A stretch of DNA of 64,000 bases from a virus. Taxonomy: Duplodnaviria; Caudoviricetes. The stretch lies in the IMG/VR virus record IMGVR_UViG_3300012662_000009, positions 64,001-128,000 of that record; one strand, given 5' to 3'. The notes beneath the pieces were generated by a model. That model saw only the letters and a list, made by a program, of their open reading frames with translations, did not search any database and was not told the origin of the DNA. The position numbers and the translations under genes were made by a program. Of this stretch, positions 50,934-59,970 are shown one piece after another. Position 1 is the stretch's first letter. Every line of letters begins with the position of its first letter.

Positions 50934-52280
50934 TCATTCCAAGCTCGTCTGTATATCTCTGGACCTTTCAAGACCTAATTCATCTACCAGTGGTTTATAG
51001 CAATATATAAACCAATCAAGTTTTATGTAATCTTTATTATTACTAAGCGTTTCTTCTATGGCTTTTTTGAGGTTATAATATTCAACATCAATGTTTTCTA
51101 ATATCTTTTTATCCCATTTCTTCATCAGGACATCTAATATAGAAAATATTATAAAGTGCTTATGATATTTTTCATCCTTCAATGCACTATCATATTCTTT
51201 AGGAACATTTTCAAGGAATTTCTTAAAATACTCTTTATAATTCTCTACCTTATCTCTATCTATATCGGATTTGAAAGGTCTTAATTTAAGTGTATCATCA
51301 GATCCTCCATAAATATCATAAGGTTCTATATTATGTTTTTTATTAAATTCTTTGAGTTTCTCTTTATATTCTGTTTGTGATTCTATATCAAGAATTTCAA
51401 GTAATTCATCAAAGTCTTTTTGCTGGTCTGCATCCAAACATTTTTTAAGAAGTCTTTGATATCTTTTATGAAATAACGGATTAGATTGTAATCTCATTAT
51501 AACCAATCCTTTATTATTATCGAACTCTGGTAATAATTTATCGCAATATTTCTTGAATTGTTCAGGAGTATTTACTATATACATCCAATCCTTAGCATTA
51601 TCTATATTATCTCTCCAGATTTCATATAAAAACTTTTGGTTTTGCAAATGTTGCATAGCTACCACACATTTCTTATAACCCATGGCTTTGAAATATGATA
51701 AGAACCTACATTTAGATACATATGTATATTTCTCTAATATATCTTCTTGTTCTAATGTATGATTCCATTCATCATATCTAAAGGGATAATACATACTATA
51801 TTCAAATGGAACAACACCAAAAGCGGTACCACTACAGTAGTCTGTAAACGGCCTATATTTATCTAAATATACTCTTTTATAAACATCCATATCGCAATAA
51901 GGCTTAGCATTAGAGCATTCAAGGATTGATAAAATATCGTGTTGTCTCTTATTATTCTCCCTCATATACTTCATCATAGTATAATAATCTTGCGACATAA
52001 GTTGCTTCTCAGTTTCTCCTATGAGTGAAGTAAGATCCCAATATTTTCTTGGAATAAGCTCTCTTTGATCTTGCAAGATCCTCGGGGTCTTGTCTTTTAT
52101 AGCTTTTATAAGGGCCTTTCTTTTATCGGTACCGTTTAAATTCTTTATATTATAATCTTTATCCCATTTAATTGTGACTGAATTATTCCCATATTTATGT
52201 TTAGCAATAACATAATATATAGCATCATCAGATATTATATCGCCTCTTTGCTCAAGTATAAAGTCTTGTAAAGTTTTCAT
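50934..52280 (-). CDS. ArcS/DUF5591-like domain protein with capsid-targeting-like N-terminus
   Basis: ILECSNAKPY...FGVVPFEYSMYYPF matches the ArcS PCSxxKPY...GVVPxE-x-x-x-YP pattern. Starts MKTLQDFILE. Confidence 0.6.
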   Translation of the reverse strand: MKTLQDFILEQRGDIISDDAIYYVIAKHKYGNNSVTIKWDKDYNIKNLNGTDKRKALIKAIKDKTPRILQDQRELIPRKYWDLTSLIGETEKQLMSQDYYTMMKYMRENNKRQHDILSILECSNAKPYCDMDVYKRVYLDKYRPFTDYCSGTAFGVVPFEYSMYYPFRYDEWNHTLEQEDILEKYTYVSKCRFLSYFKAMGYKKCVVAMQHLQNQKFLYEIWRDNIDNAKDWMYIVNTPEQFKKYCDKLLPEFDNNKGLVIMRLQSNPLFHKRYQRLLKKCLDADQQKDFDELLEILDIESQTEYKEKLKEFNKKHNIEPYDIYGGSDDTLKLRPFKSDIDRDKVENYKEYFKKFLENVPKEYDSALKDEKYHKHFIIFSILDVLMKKWDKKILENIDVEYYNLKKAIEETLSNNKDYIKLDWFIYCYKPLVDELGLERSRDIQTSLE

Positions 52281-52418
52281 GTATATATAATAAAAATAAG
52301 GACCTGATAAATATATGTTTTTATTTATATATAAAGATTTGTAGGGTGCGCAAAAATCCTTAAAAAATACCTTATAAATATATATTTTAAGAAAACATCA
52401 CAAAAACAATTTTTATAT

Positions 52419-54815
52419 ATGAAAGTAATAAAACGAGATGGATCAAAACAAGATTTTTCACCTGATAAGATCAAAGCAGTTATCACAAAAGCTTTTAATA
52501 GTGTTCAGCAAGAGGTACCCGATAAATTTTTAGAACAACTTATGGGTTCTTTTGATAAGATCAAGAAAGACGAAATAGATGTAGAGGATATTCAGGATAT
52601 TATTCAAAATGAACTTATTAAGCGTAATAAATATGAAGTTGTAGAATCTTTTATATTATATAGGAACAAACGAGCTGAGATCCGAGAGCAGAAATCTGAC
52701 CTTATAAAAAATATTAAGAACAAACTTCAAGGATCTAATATAGAAAATCAAAATGCGAATGTTGATGAAGAATCCTTTGGTGGTCGTATAGGAGAAGCTG
52801 CTCGTATAGTTTCTAAGAATGATGCATTAAAGTATAGAATGTCCAAAAAATCTCGTAAAAATCATGAAAATAATGAGATATATATCCATGATCTCGATTC
52901 ATATACTGCTGGAATGCATAACTGTCTTTCGGTACCCATAGACAAACTTCTTAAAGACGGCTTTCAAACACAACAGACGGATGTCCGTGGAAGCGGCTCT
53001 ATAAGCACTGCTATGCAACTTGTAGCGGTCCTCTTTCAATTACAATCACTGCAACAATTCGGAGGAGTCTCAGCAACTCATCTTGATTGGTCTATGGTGC
53101 CTTTTGTAAGGAAGTCTTTTTATAAACATTATAAAGATGCATTGAAGTTTATGGAAAATCTTAAAGGTAATTTTTATGAACTACAAGACAGATCCATAGA
53201 TGATGAAGCTTATAAAGAACATCCCAAGGCATATGAATATGCGATGGAAATGACTAAAAGGGAAGTTTATCAAGCGGTTGAAGCATGTTTTCATAACCTG
53301 AATACCCTGCAGTCGCGCAGTGGTTGCCAGCTCCCCTTCTCCTCTATAAATTACGGTACATGCACTCTCCCCGAAGGTCAATTAGTAATTCGGGCCATTC
53401 TTGACAAATCTATTGAAGGCACAGGAAAATATGGCAAGACTTCGATATTCCCCTGTGGAATATTCCAATACAAAAAAGGCATAAATGACCGACCAGGAAC
53501 TCCTAATTATGATCTTTTCAAATTAGCCTTAAGGTCCACTGCACAGAGACTTTATCCTAATTATGCCAATTGCGACTGGAGTAATCAAATAGATTGGGTT
53601 AAAAAAGACCGTAAAGACAAACAAGAATATATTGACAGTCTTGCGCAAGAAGATTATTCTAAACTATTAAAAATTATAGAAGAACAACCTGAGATAGGAG
53701 AGTTTTTGGATTTAACAATTTGCTCAAAAAACCTTAAAATTATGAGTAAAATTCACCCATATGAAGACTTTTCCACAATGGGTTGTCGCACAGTCAATGG
53801 TTTTGATATAAATTTTCTCGATTGCTATAAAGAAAATGTTCAATGCGCCTTAGAAGGAACCCCCTTCAAATATCCTGATCTCTGGTCAGCAGCTCAAAAA
53901 GATGGTAGAGGTAATATATGTCCTGTAACGATTATTCTCCCGACACTTGCCATGGAAGCCAAAGAACTTTCACAAAAAACAGGAGATGATATTATAGAAT
54001 GTTTTATGGATATCCTTAATAAGAAAATTTACGAGGCTAAGGATATGCTCTTAGAACGTTTTGACCATATATCATCACAATCACCCAAAGCAGCTAAGTT
54101 TATGTATGATAATGGTACTATGTCAGGATATAATGAGTCTGAGGGAATCATTTCTGCGCTTAAACATGGGACGATTGTAATAGGTCAATTAGGTCTTGCA
54201 GAGACTTTGTATATTCTTATAGGAAAAGATCATACAACATCTGAAGGAATGAATCTTGCTAAGAATATTGAACAACTCTTTTTAGACCGCTGTAATGAAT
54301 TTAAAGAGGAATACCATATGAACTTCGGAGTTTATTATACACCCGCGGAGAACTTATGTAAGACCGCTATGGATAAATTTAAGAAGAAGTATGGGGAGAT
54401 CCCTAACGTCTCCGATAAAAAATACTTTACTAATTCAATGCATGTGCCTGTATGGAAAGAAGTAAATCCTTATCAAAAGATTAATATAGAATCTCAATTA
54501 ACGGGTTATTCAAATGCTGGATGCATAACTTATGTCGAACTTCCCAGTACAGCTATAAATAACATTGAAGCCCTTGAAGATATTGTCAAATATGCTATGG
54601 ATGAAGACATTCCATACTTTGCTTTGAATAGCCCCTGTGACACATGCCAAGAATGTCATTATCAAGGTGATATCGGGGGTACTTGCCCTAAATGCGGATC
54701 AAATGATATCCTAAGACTTAAAAGAGTAACTGGGTATCTTACAACGGATTATAGAAGATTCAATGAAGGTAAGATAGAAGAAGTTGAGGATCGAGTTAAG
54801 CATATTAAAAACTGA
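52419..54815 (+). CDS. nrdD: Anaerobic ribonucleoside-triphosphate reductase with ATP cone
   Basis: VIKRDG ATP cone, IHDLD, HNC, MGCRT, TPAE, two CxxC motifs and the RVTGYL glycyl-radical loop. Confidence 0.96.
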   Translation: MKVIKRDGSKQDFSPDKIKAVITKAFNSVQQEVPDKFLEQLMGSFDKIKKDEIDVEDIQDIIQNELIKRNKYEVVESFILYRNKRAEIREQKSDLIKNIKNKLQGSNIENQNANVDEESFGGRIGEAARIVSKNDALKYRMSKKSRKNHENNEIYIHDLDSYTAGMHNCLSVPIDKLLKDGFQTQQTDVRGSGSISTAMQLVAVLFQLQSLQQFGGVSATHLDWSMVPFVRKSFYKHYKDALKFMENLKGNFYELQDRSIDDEAYKEHPKAYEYAMEMTKREVYQAVEACFHNLNTLQSRSGCQLPFSSINYGTCTLPEGQLVIRAILDKSIEGTGKYGKTSIFPCGIFQYKKGINDRPGTPNYDLFKLALRSTAQRLYPNYANCDWSNQIDWVKKDRKDKQEYIDSLAQEDYSKLLKIIEEQPEIGEFLDLTICSKNLKIMSKIHPYEDFSTMGCRTVNGFDINFLDCYKENVQCALEGTPFKYPDLWSAAQKDGRGNICPVTIILPTLAMEAKELSQKTGDDIIECFMDILNKKIYEAKDMLLERFDHISSQSPKAAKFMYDNGTMSGYNESEGIISALKHGTIVIGQLGLAETLYILIGKDHTTSEGMNLAKNIEQLFLDRCNEFKEEYHMNFGVYYTPAENLCKTAMDKFKKKYGEIPNVSDKKYFTNSMHVPVWKEVNPYQKINIESQLTGYSNAGCITYVELPSTAINNIEALEDIVKYAMDEDIPYFALNSPCDTCQECHYQGDIGGTCPKCGSNDILRLKRVTGYLTTDYRRFNEGKIEEVEDRVKHIKN

Positions 54816-54852
54816 TAATAATATTTATATATAATCTAAAACATCATAGTAC

Positions 54853-55386
54853 ATGAAATATATAAAAATAACATACCCGGATATCAATAATGGTCTTGGA
54901 TGTAGAGTAACTCTCTGGGTCTCAGGATGTACTCATAAATGCCTTGGGTGTCATAATCAATGGGCACAAGATTATAATATAGGAAAAGATTTCGATCAGG
55001 TTATTAAAAGAGATATCATAGAAATACTTGATAACGAACATGTTAAAGGCCTTACAATATCTGGAGGAGATCCTTTAGATCAAGATAAGAAATCCCTCAA
55101 AGACCTTGAAAATTTTTTGAAAGTACTAAGAATCTTATATAAAGACAAAAAAGACATCTGGTTATATACTGGATATGAATTTAAGGATCTTAATAAATCT
55201 CAAAAGGAAGTCTTAAAATACTGTGATTATCTTGTTGATGGTCCTTTTGAGATAGATAAAAAAGATTTAAGTTTGCCTTTCAGGGGTTCTAAAAATCAAC
55301 GTATTATAGATTTAAAAGATTATTTCAAGAAGAAAAAGAAATTTTTATATAAAATTTTCCCTGTAAAACTTAAATTTTTAATGTGA
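54853..55386 (+). CDS. nrdG: Anaerobic RNR activating enzyme
   Basis: NGLG-RV-LWVSGC-H-C-GC-N, SGGDP and RGSKNQR. Confidence 0.95.
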   Translation: MKYIKITYPDINNGLGCRVTLWVSGCTHKCLGCHNQWAQDYNIGKDFDQVIKRDIIEILDNEHVKGLTISGGDPLDQDKKSLKDLENFLKVLRILYKDKKDIWLYTGYEFKDLNKSQKEVLKYCDYLVDGPFEIDKKDLSLPFRGSKNQRIIDLKDYFKKKKKFLYKIFPVKLKFLM

Positions 55387-55407
55387 GTTTGTTATTTAGA
55401 TACATAA
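55368..55407 (+). promoter_or_regulatory. Bipartite promoter-like motif, copy 5 (variant)
   Basis: ACTTAAA-N13-TTTGTTATTTAGATACATAA. Confidence 0.55.
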
Positions 55408-55434
55408 GAAGTTAAATACAAAAAGAAAAAAGAA

Positions 55435-56130
55435 ATGAAAACAATTTTCAAAGGAACAGTAAATGGTAAGGAGTTTGATGATGTTAAAGCATATAATGAA
55501 GCACTCCTGAAAGCTATAAATAGTGGTGAAGCTGTCAAAGCTACATCCAAAACAGAATCTGAGGAAGAAACCGAAGAACCTGATGACTTTAGTTATCTTG
55601 ATCCTTCTGAGGATATCTATAAAGATGGATTCCTATATGCTGATCGCCTTGTAAACGGCGACGACGAAGACGATGCATGGGCTTATGCTGACGAACGAGA
55701 GCGCTTGCAAATACGCACGGAAGAAATCCTTAATGCCATCGAAGATAATCATGAGGATATTGATGTAGCAGCTCTTATAGAGCGCTATAAAGCCGCTGTA
55801 GATGATGTCGCGGATGATAGAGATCGTAATCAGGCTACTATCAAGAGTCTTTGCAAGAAGATTGAAACCGCTAAGGAAGAGATCAAGGACCTCGAGGAGC
55901 AATTGAAGATCGCTCAACACGCTGATATAGTCATAGATCTTTATAAGGAGCATTTCACTGATGTTGTAACATCGTTGGATGAATGGCTTGAAACTTCTAT
56001 GAAGAATACGGAAGAACCTGAAGAGTGTACTTGTCAGTCTTGTGATTGCACTGAATGTAAATCTAAGGAAGATACTAAAGAAGACCTCTATAATAGCATT
56101 ATGAAACTCATGCGAGAGATCTTTAAGTAA
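55435..56130 (+). CDS. Acidic coiled-coil hypothetical protein
   Basis: D/E-rich with a Cys cluster near the C-terminus, followed by a hairpin at ~56150-56180. Confidence 0.65.
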   Translation: MKTIFKGTVNGKEFDDVKAYNEALLKAINSGEAVKATSKTESEEETEEPDDFSYLDPSEDIYKDGFLYADRLVNGDDEDDAWAYADERERLQIRTEEILNAIEDNHEDIDVAALIERYKAAVDDVADDRDRNQATIKSLCKKIETAKEEIKDLEEQLKIAQHADIVIDLYKEHFTDVVTSLDEWLETSMKNTEEPEECTCQSCDCTECKSKEDTKEDLYNSIMKLMREIFK

Positions 56131-56191
56131 TTCAAAAATAAGAACTTATAAAATCCTCGGTAGTAATATCGGGGATTTATTTTTACTCAAT

Positions 56192-56533
56192 ATGAATATA
56201 AACGACTATAATATAAAAGCTTATTATAAAATCATATCGACTGCTGAAACACTTACGTCAGAAGAACATATACAGGCTCTGACCAATATGATTCAGAATT
56301 TTATAGATATCAATGAAAGATATTTTAAGGCCCGAAAATGGAGATTATATAATATATTAAAGATTCAAAAAGAGAAGTTATCCTATTTATATATAAAAAA
56401 TGAATTAATAACCCTACAAAATACTATAGTGCAACAATATCAGCAATTTATGCAGAATAAAGTAATTAAGTCTTTTGAAGTCATAGGGTTTGGAAAAAGA
56501 GAAATAATGGGAAATGAAAATTATGAAGAATAA
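56192..56533 (+). CDS. Hypothetical protein
   Basis: 113-aa ORF. Confidence 0.5.
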   Translation: MNINDYNIKAYYKIISTAETLTSEEHIQALTNMIQNFIDINERYFKARKWRLYNILKIQKEKLSYLYIKNELITLQNTIVQQYQQFMQNKVIKSFEVIGFGKREIMGNENYEE

Positions 56534-57212
56534 CATTATAGCCTTAATAATAACTGTTTTAATATTCATATTTAGTATCTCTGGGTGTGTTTATAAGTGT
56601 AATAGAGATCAAATAAACATCTTAAAACAAAACCTCAGAGCAGCTCAAGATACTATAGAAGTGGTTAAATTAAGCAATGGAAATCTTTTATATGAAAAAG
56701 CTGCTTATATACTCAATGAAAAAGATCTTCTTAAACAACTTAATATGACAAAAGAAGAACTCAAAGAAATCAAGAAAAAAGCCGGGCGGCCTATTTATAT
56801 AACTGATATTCAAACTATTATTAAATATGACACTATAAATACTACTAAAGATTCTATTATATATCGAAATGGAGATCTCGATTATACTTTTAAGCACAAT
56901 GACGAATGGTTAAGTTTCCGCGGCCATACACTTATAAAAGATTCTATACCATCCACTCAAATCTTTGATATAACAATACCCACAGCTCTCAAAGTAGGTC
57001 TCACTAAAGATTATAATATATTTGTAGAACCAACAAATCCTTATATGAGCATCACGAGCATCGAAGGAGCTATTCTTGACAAATCATCTATAATTAAAAA
57101 ACCTAAGATCACACATGGTCTCACAATAGGCTTGGGTGTACAGTATGGGATACTTAACAAACAATTTGACATAGGTCCACAAATATCCTATGGATTACAT
57201 ATCAATTTTTAA
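56514..57212 (+). CDS. Membrane-anchored periplasmic protein, spanin-like candidate
   Basis: N-terminal TM or lipobox (ISG-C), coiled coil, and C-terminal amphipathic beta strands ending in Phe. Confidence 0.45.
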   Translation: MKIMKNNIIALIITVLIFIFSISGCVYKCNRDQINILKQNLRAAQDTIEVVKLSNGNLLYEKAAYILNEKDLLKQLNMTKEELKEIKKKAGRPIYITDIQTIIKYDTINTTKDSIIYRNGDLDYTFKHNDEWLSFRGHTLIKDSIPSTQIFDITIPTALKVGLTKDYNIFVEPTNPYMSITSIEGAILDKSSIIKKPKITHGLTIGLGVQYGILNKQFDIGPQISYGLHINF

Positions 57213-57230
57213 AAAGAAACATGGATAGAT

Positions 57231-57270
57231 CACTAAAGATTCATCCATGTTTTGTTATATAGATACATTA
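57231..57270 (+). promoter_or_regulatory. Bipartite promoter-like motif, copy 6
   Basis: CACTAAA-N13-TTTGTTATATAGATACATTA. Confidence 0.65.
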
Positions 57271-57290
57271 ATAACTAACTTATAAATACA

Positions 57291-57854
57291 ATGGAAGATA
57301 AAATACCCAAAAAAGCATCTTCATATGTCATTAATATAGTTCAAAAGATCAATCCACAAGCAACTAAACTAACCACTTGGGATCAGGCTTGGGATATAAT
57401 ATCTGAATGGGCTTCTTTAGACGGAGAACTTATCTCTAACGACAATAGGAGGTCTACAGACACCACTTTTGAACTCTCTAAAGGTGATAAAATCCTTAAA
57501 GTCTTTATATGGCCCACAGCAGAAGTCTTTGAAGCCGGTGATTGGGACTGGACAAAGATCTTTAAGGAAGTTCTTGAATATATCCTTAAAGAAAAAATCA
57601 TCAAAATCCCTCGCAGGAAAAGATCTGATACTGGAGAAGCTCGTAAACAGCCTGTACAACGCACAAAAAACGCTCAAATTTCGCAATCTAAGCAAGATAT
57701 GCAGAAATCCTCATCCGAGACCTTAGAAGAGCTTAAAAAGCGAAAAATGAACTTATATCACAAAATATATAATCTACAGCTTAAACATAAGGATGCAAAA
57801 GAATATATAATACAATATAATATCATCACAGAGCAAATAAAGAATTTGAAATGA
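57291..57854 (+). CDS. Hypothetical protein
   Basis: 187-aa ORF after the promoter motif. Confidence 0.6.
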   Translation: MEDKIPKKASSYVINIVQKINPQATKLTTWDQAWDIISEWASLDGELISNDNRRSTDTTFELSKGDKILKVFIWPTAEVFEAGDWDWTKIFKEVLEYILKEKIIKIPRRKRSDTGEARKQPVQRTKNAQISQSKQDMQKSSSETLEELKKRKMNLYHKIYNLQLKHKDAKEYIIQYNIITEQIKNLK

Positions 57855-58033
57855 AAATTTATGTAATCGAACGGTCACCTATTATGATCAATGGTAATCT
57901 CAACATCAACCCCAAATATGAACCTACAGAATTTGAATATGATGAAATATATAAAGCTGTAGATAAACTTCATCAATTGTACAATGACTTTCCAGATTAT
58001 TATTATATAGTTAAAGAAGTCCTTAAAGAATGA
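57851..58033 (+). CDS. Hypothetical protein
   Basis: ATGA-coupled small ORF. Confidence 0.55.
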   Translation: MKIYVIERSPIMINGNLNINPKYEPTEFEYDEIYKAVDKLHQLYNDFPDYYYIVKEVLKE

Positions 58034-58251
58034 TTTTACAATTGCCTTCAAAAAAAGTAATAGAAACTGACGGGATCTCACAAGTAGATTCTGTCAGTTT
58101 TCATAATGATAATGTATCAAGATCTTGGGCTGAGTATGATGTAATATATAGCGATGGTTGTATAGTGCCTTTATATTATGATACCGAATCTTCTGCTAAT
58201 CATGATAAGATTTTTTTAGAAGATTTTTTGAAAAAGAATAAAGAATCTTAA
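58030..58251 (+). CDS. Hypothetical protein
   Basis: ATGA-coupled small ORF. Confidence 0.55.
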   Translation: MILQLPSKKVIETDGISQVDSVSFHNDNVSRSWAEYDVIYSDGCIVPLYYDTESSANHDKIFLEDFLKKNKES

Positions 58252-58287
58252 AAGGAGCCTATATTATATACAAAAAAAAGATACATC

Positions 58288-58587
58288 ATGAGAAAGACTG
58301 AAGTTCGTGAAAAGACATTGCAATGTATTAATAGTATGTTTAAGGATTCTCAAATAGAAAATGAAACGAGATTTATAGAGGATCTTAATATGTCTTTGAA
58401 AGATATGATAGTACTTGGTGATTCCTTGGAAGAATCACTGGAGATAAAGCTTTCTTGTGATGACCTTAAAGAAATGCTTGAGGGTTCTGTAGAGGATATG
58501 GTTGATTTTATATATGATTTTTTAAAGCCTTTTACATTGCTGAATGAAAAGCGTGGTTATAGTTATCTTAAGAATATCAAAGAATGA
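58288..58587 (+). CDS. Acyl-carrier-protein-like protein
   Basis: ETRFIEDLNMSLKDMIVL-DSLEE-LEIKL...SVEDMVDFI follows the ACP pattern. Confidence 0.6.
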   Translation: MRKTEVREKTLQCINSMFKDSQIENETRFIEDLNMSLKDMIVLGDSLEESLEIKLSCDDLKEMLEGSVEDMVDFIYDFLKPFTLLNEKRGYSYLKNIKE

Positions 58588-59057
58588 TATTAGCAGCTCT
58601 TATATTATTCCTTATATATAATCTTTATTATATCTTTTCTAAAGGCATTCCAGAAAATCTTAGCTCGACTTATTATGACCTTGGATGGTTCTTCCCTGTT
58701 ACTATAGGGATCTGCGGGGTTCTTACTATGATCACTTGGCTGGGTGCCTTAGAAGGTTCTCTTTGGCAATTTACAGGTTTTTTATGTCCTACTGCAATAT
58801 TCTTTATGTGCGCTGCACCAGATTTTAAGAAATTTGGATTGATATATAAAGTACATTCCATGGGTTCTTATATAGGAGCGCTTATAGCAATTCTTTCTAT
58901 AATCTTTATATTTAATTCTTGGCAAGTACTTTTATTAGTATTATTGGGGATAATTTTAATGGTACTGGGCTCGAAGACTTGGAAGAGGTGTTATATATAT
59001 TGGATAGAACTCTGGATTTTCTTTTCGATTTTTGTTGTGCTCCTGTTAAAGATTTGA
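58584..59057 (+). CDS. Multi-pass membrane protein
   Basis: Five to six hydrophobic segments. Confidence 0.65.
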   Translation: MILAALILFLIYNLYYIFSKGIPENLSSTYYDLGWFFPVTIGICGVLTMITWLGALEGSLWQFTGFLCPTAIFFMCAAPDFKKFGLIYKVHSMGSYIGALIAILSIIFIFNSWQVLLLVLLGIILMVLGSKTWKRCYIYWIELWIFFSIFVVLLLKI

Positions 59058-59107
59058 TGATGATTTATTATATATAAATGTAAGAGAGATTGATGAATCT
59101 TAACTAA

Positions 59108-59182
59108 GGTCCTTTAGCTCAGTTGGTTGAGAGCAGTAGACTCATAATCTAAAGGTCGTAGGTTCAAGCCCTACAAGGACCA
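59108..59182 (+). tRNA. tRNA with CAT anticodon, probably Ile2 (lysidine type) rather than Met
   Basis: GGTCCTT/AAGGACC acceptor, CT-CAT-AA loop and TTCAAG T-loop. C4-G69 and C5-G68 pairs as in Ile2 tRNAs. Confidence 0.85.
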
Positions 59183-59248
59183 CTTAAAGAGTTCTTTGAC
59201 ATTGTTGTTGAAAAGCCACCATGATGGAATGGTAGACATGGCAGACTT

Positions 59249-59909
59249 TGTTCAAAAATCAAACTATGGTATATGAAAACTATAAAGTATACGGGCCTTA
59301 TTTAAATAAAAAAGATAATAGATTGAGATGTAATTTAGTCTTTAAAAATAAGATGAAAATAATTTCTTATCCAAAATATTTAATGGAGGTTTATTTAGAT
59401 AGATATCTGGATAAAGATGAAACTGTAGATCATATTGATGGAAATCCTTTAAATAATGATATAAATAATTTACGCATTCTTAAAAGAAAAATTCATTGTT
59501 ATAATGATGCTTATCGTAACAAAGATTTAAAAGTAAAATGTAGAATGTGTAGGAAAGAATTTATTGTGAAGGGATCCAGATTAAATGATAGAAACAGACA
59601 TAATTCTGGTTATTTTTGTTCTAAACAATGCACAGGAAAATATGGTGCATTAATTCAGAATGGAGAAATAAAAAAAGAATATAAGCCAAAAATAACCTCA
59701 GATAAATATCAGGTCAGGAGTGCACCCGAAGAAATTCGAGATGTAGAAGCGGGCTAATTCGGTGAATGACATAGGCCTTATAAATTATGTAGAACGCCGA
59801 GCTAAGTTGAATATGAATTATTCATAAATGTGTAGAGACTATATACCCGCCTCCTAAGTTCTATATGAATATGGAGAAGACATAGTCCAAGTGCTTGAAA
59901 AAGCATATG
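59249..59909 (+). mobile_element. Group I intron (661 nt) inserted after U34
   Basis: U before the 5' splice site and terminal G at 59909. P3 GCGGG/CCCGC (59749/59846), P7 GACTA/TAGTC (59837/59883), P8 CTCC/GGAG, P9 TGCTT-GAAA-AAGCA, and P/Q elements AATTCGGTGAA and ACGCCGAGC. Confidence 0.9.
59266..59757 (+). CDS. Intron-encoded HNH homing endonuclease
   Basis: VDHIDGNPLNNDINNL HNH motif and C-terminal CRMC...FCS--C zinc finger. Confidence 0.85.
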   Translation: MVYENYKVYGPYLNKKDNRLRCNLVFKNKMKIISYPKYLMEVYLDRYLDKDETVDHIDGNPLNNDINNLRILKRKIHCYNDAYRNKDLKVKCRMCRKEFIVKGSRLNDRNRHNSGYFCSKQCTGKYGALIQNGEIKKEYKPKITSDKYQVRSAPEEIRDVEAG

Positions 59910-59970
59910 AAAATCTGCTGAGCAGGAATGCTCGTGTGAGTTCGACTCTCACTGGTGGTACTATAAAATA

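Larger units (their letters stand above)
59215..59960 (+). tRNA. tRNA-Leu(UAA), exons 59215-59248 and 59910-59960, split by a group I intron
   Basis: The spliced anticodon arm reads GCAGA-CTT|AAAA-TCTGC. Long variable arm, GCCACCA/TGGTGGT acceptor and A73. Confidence 0.9.
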
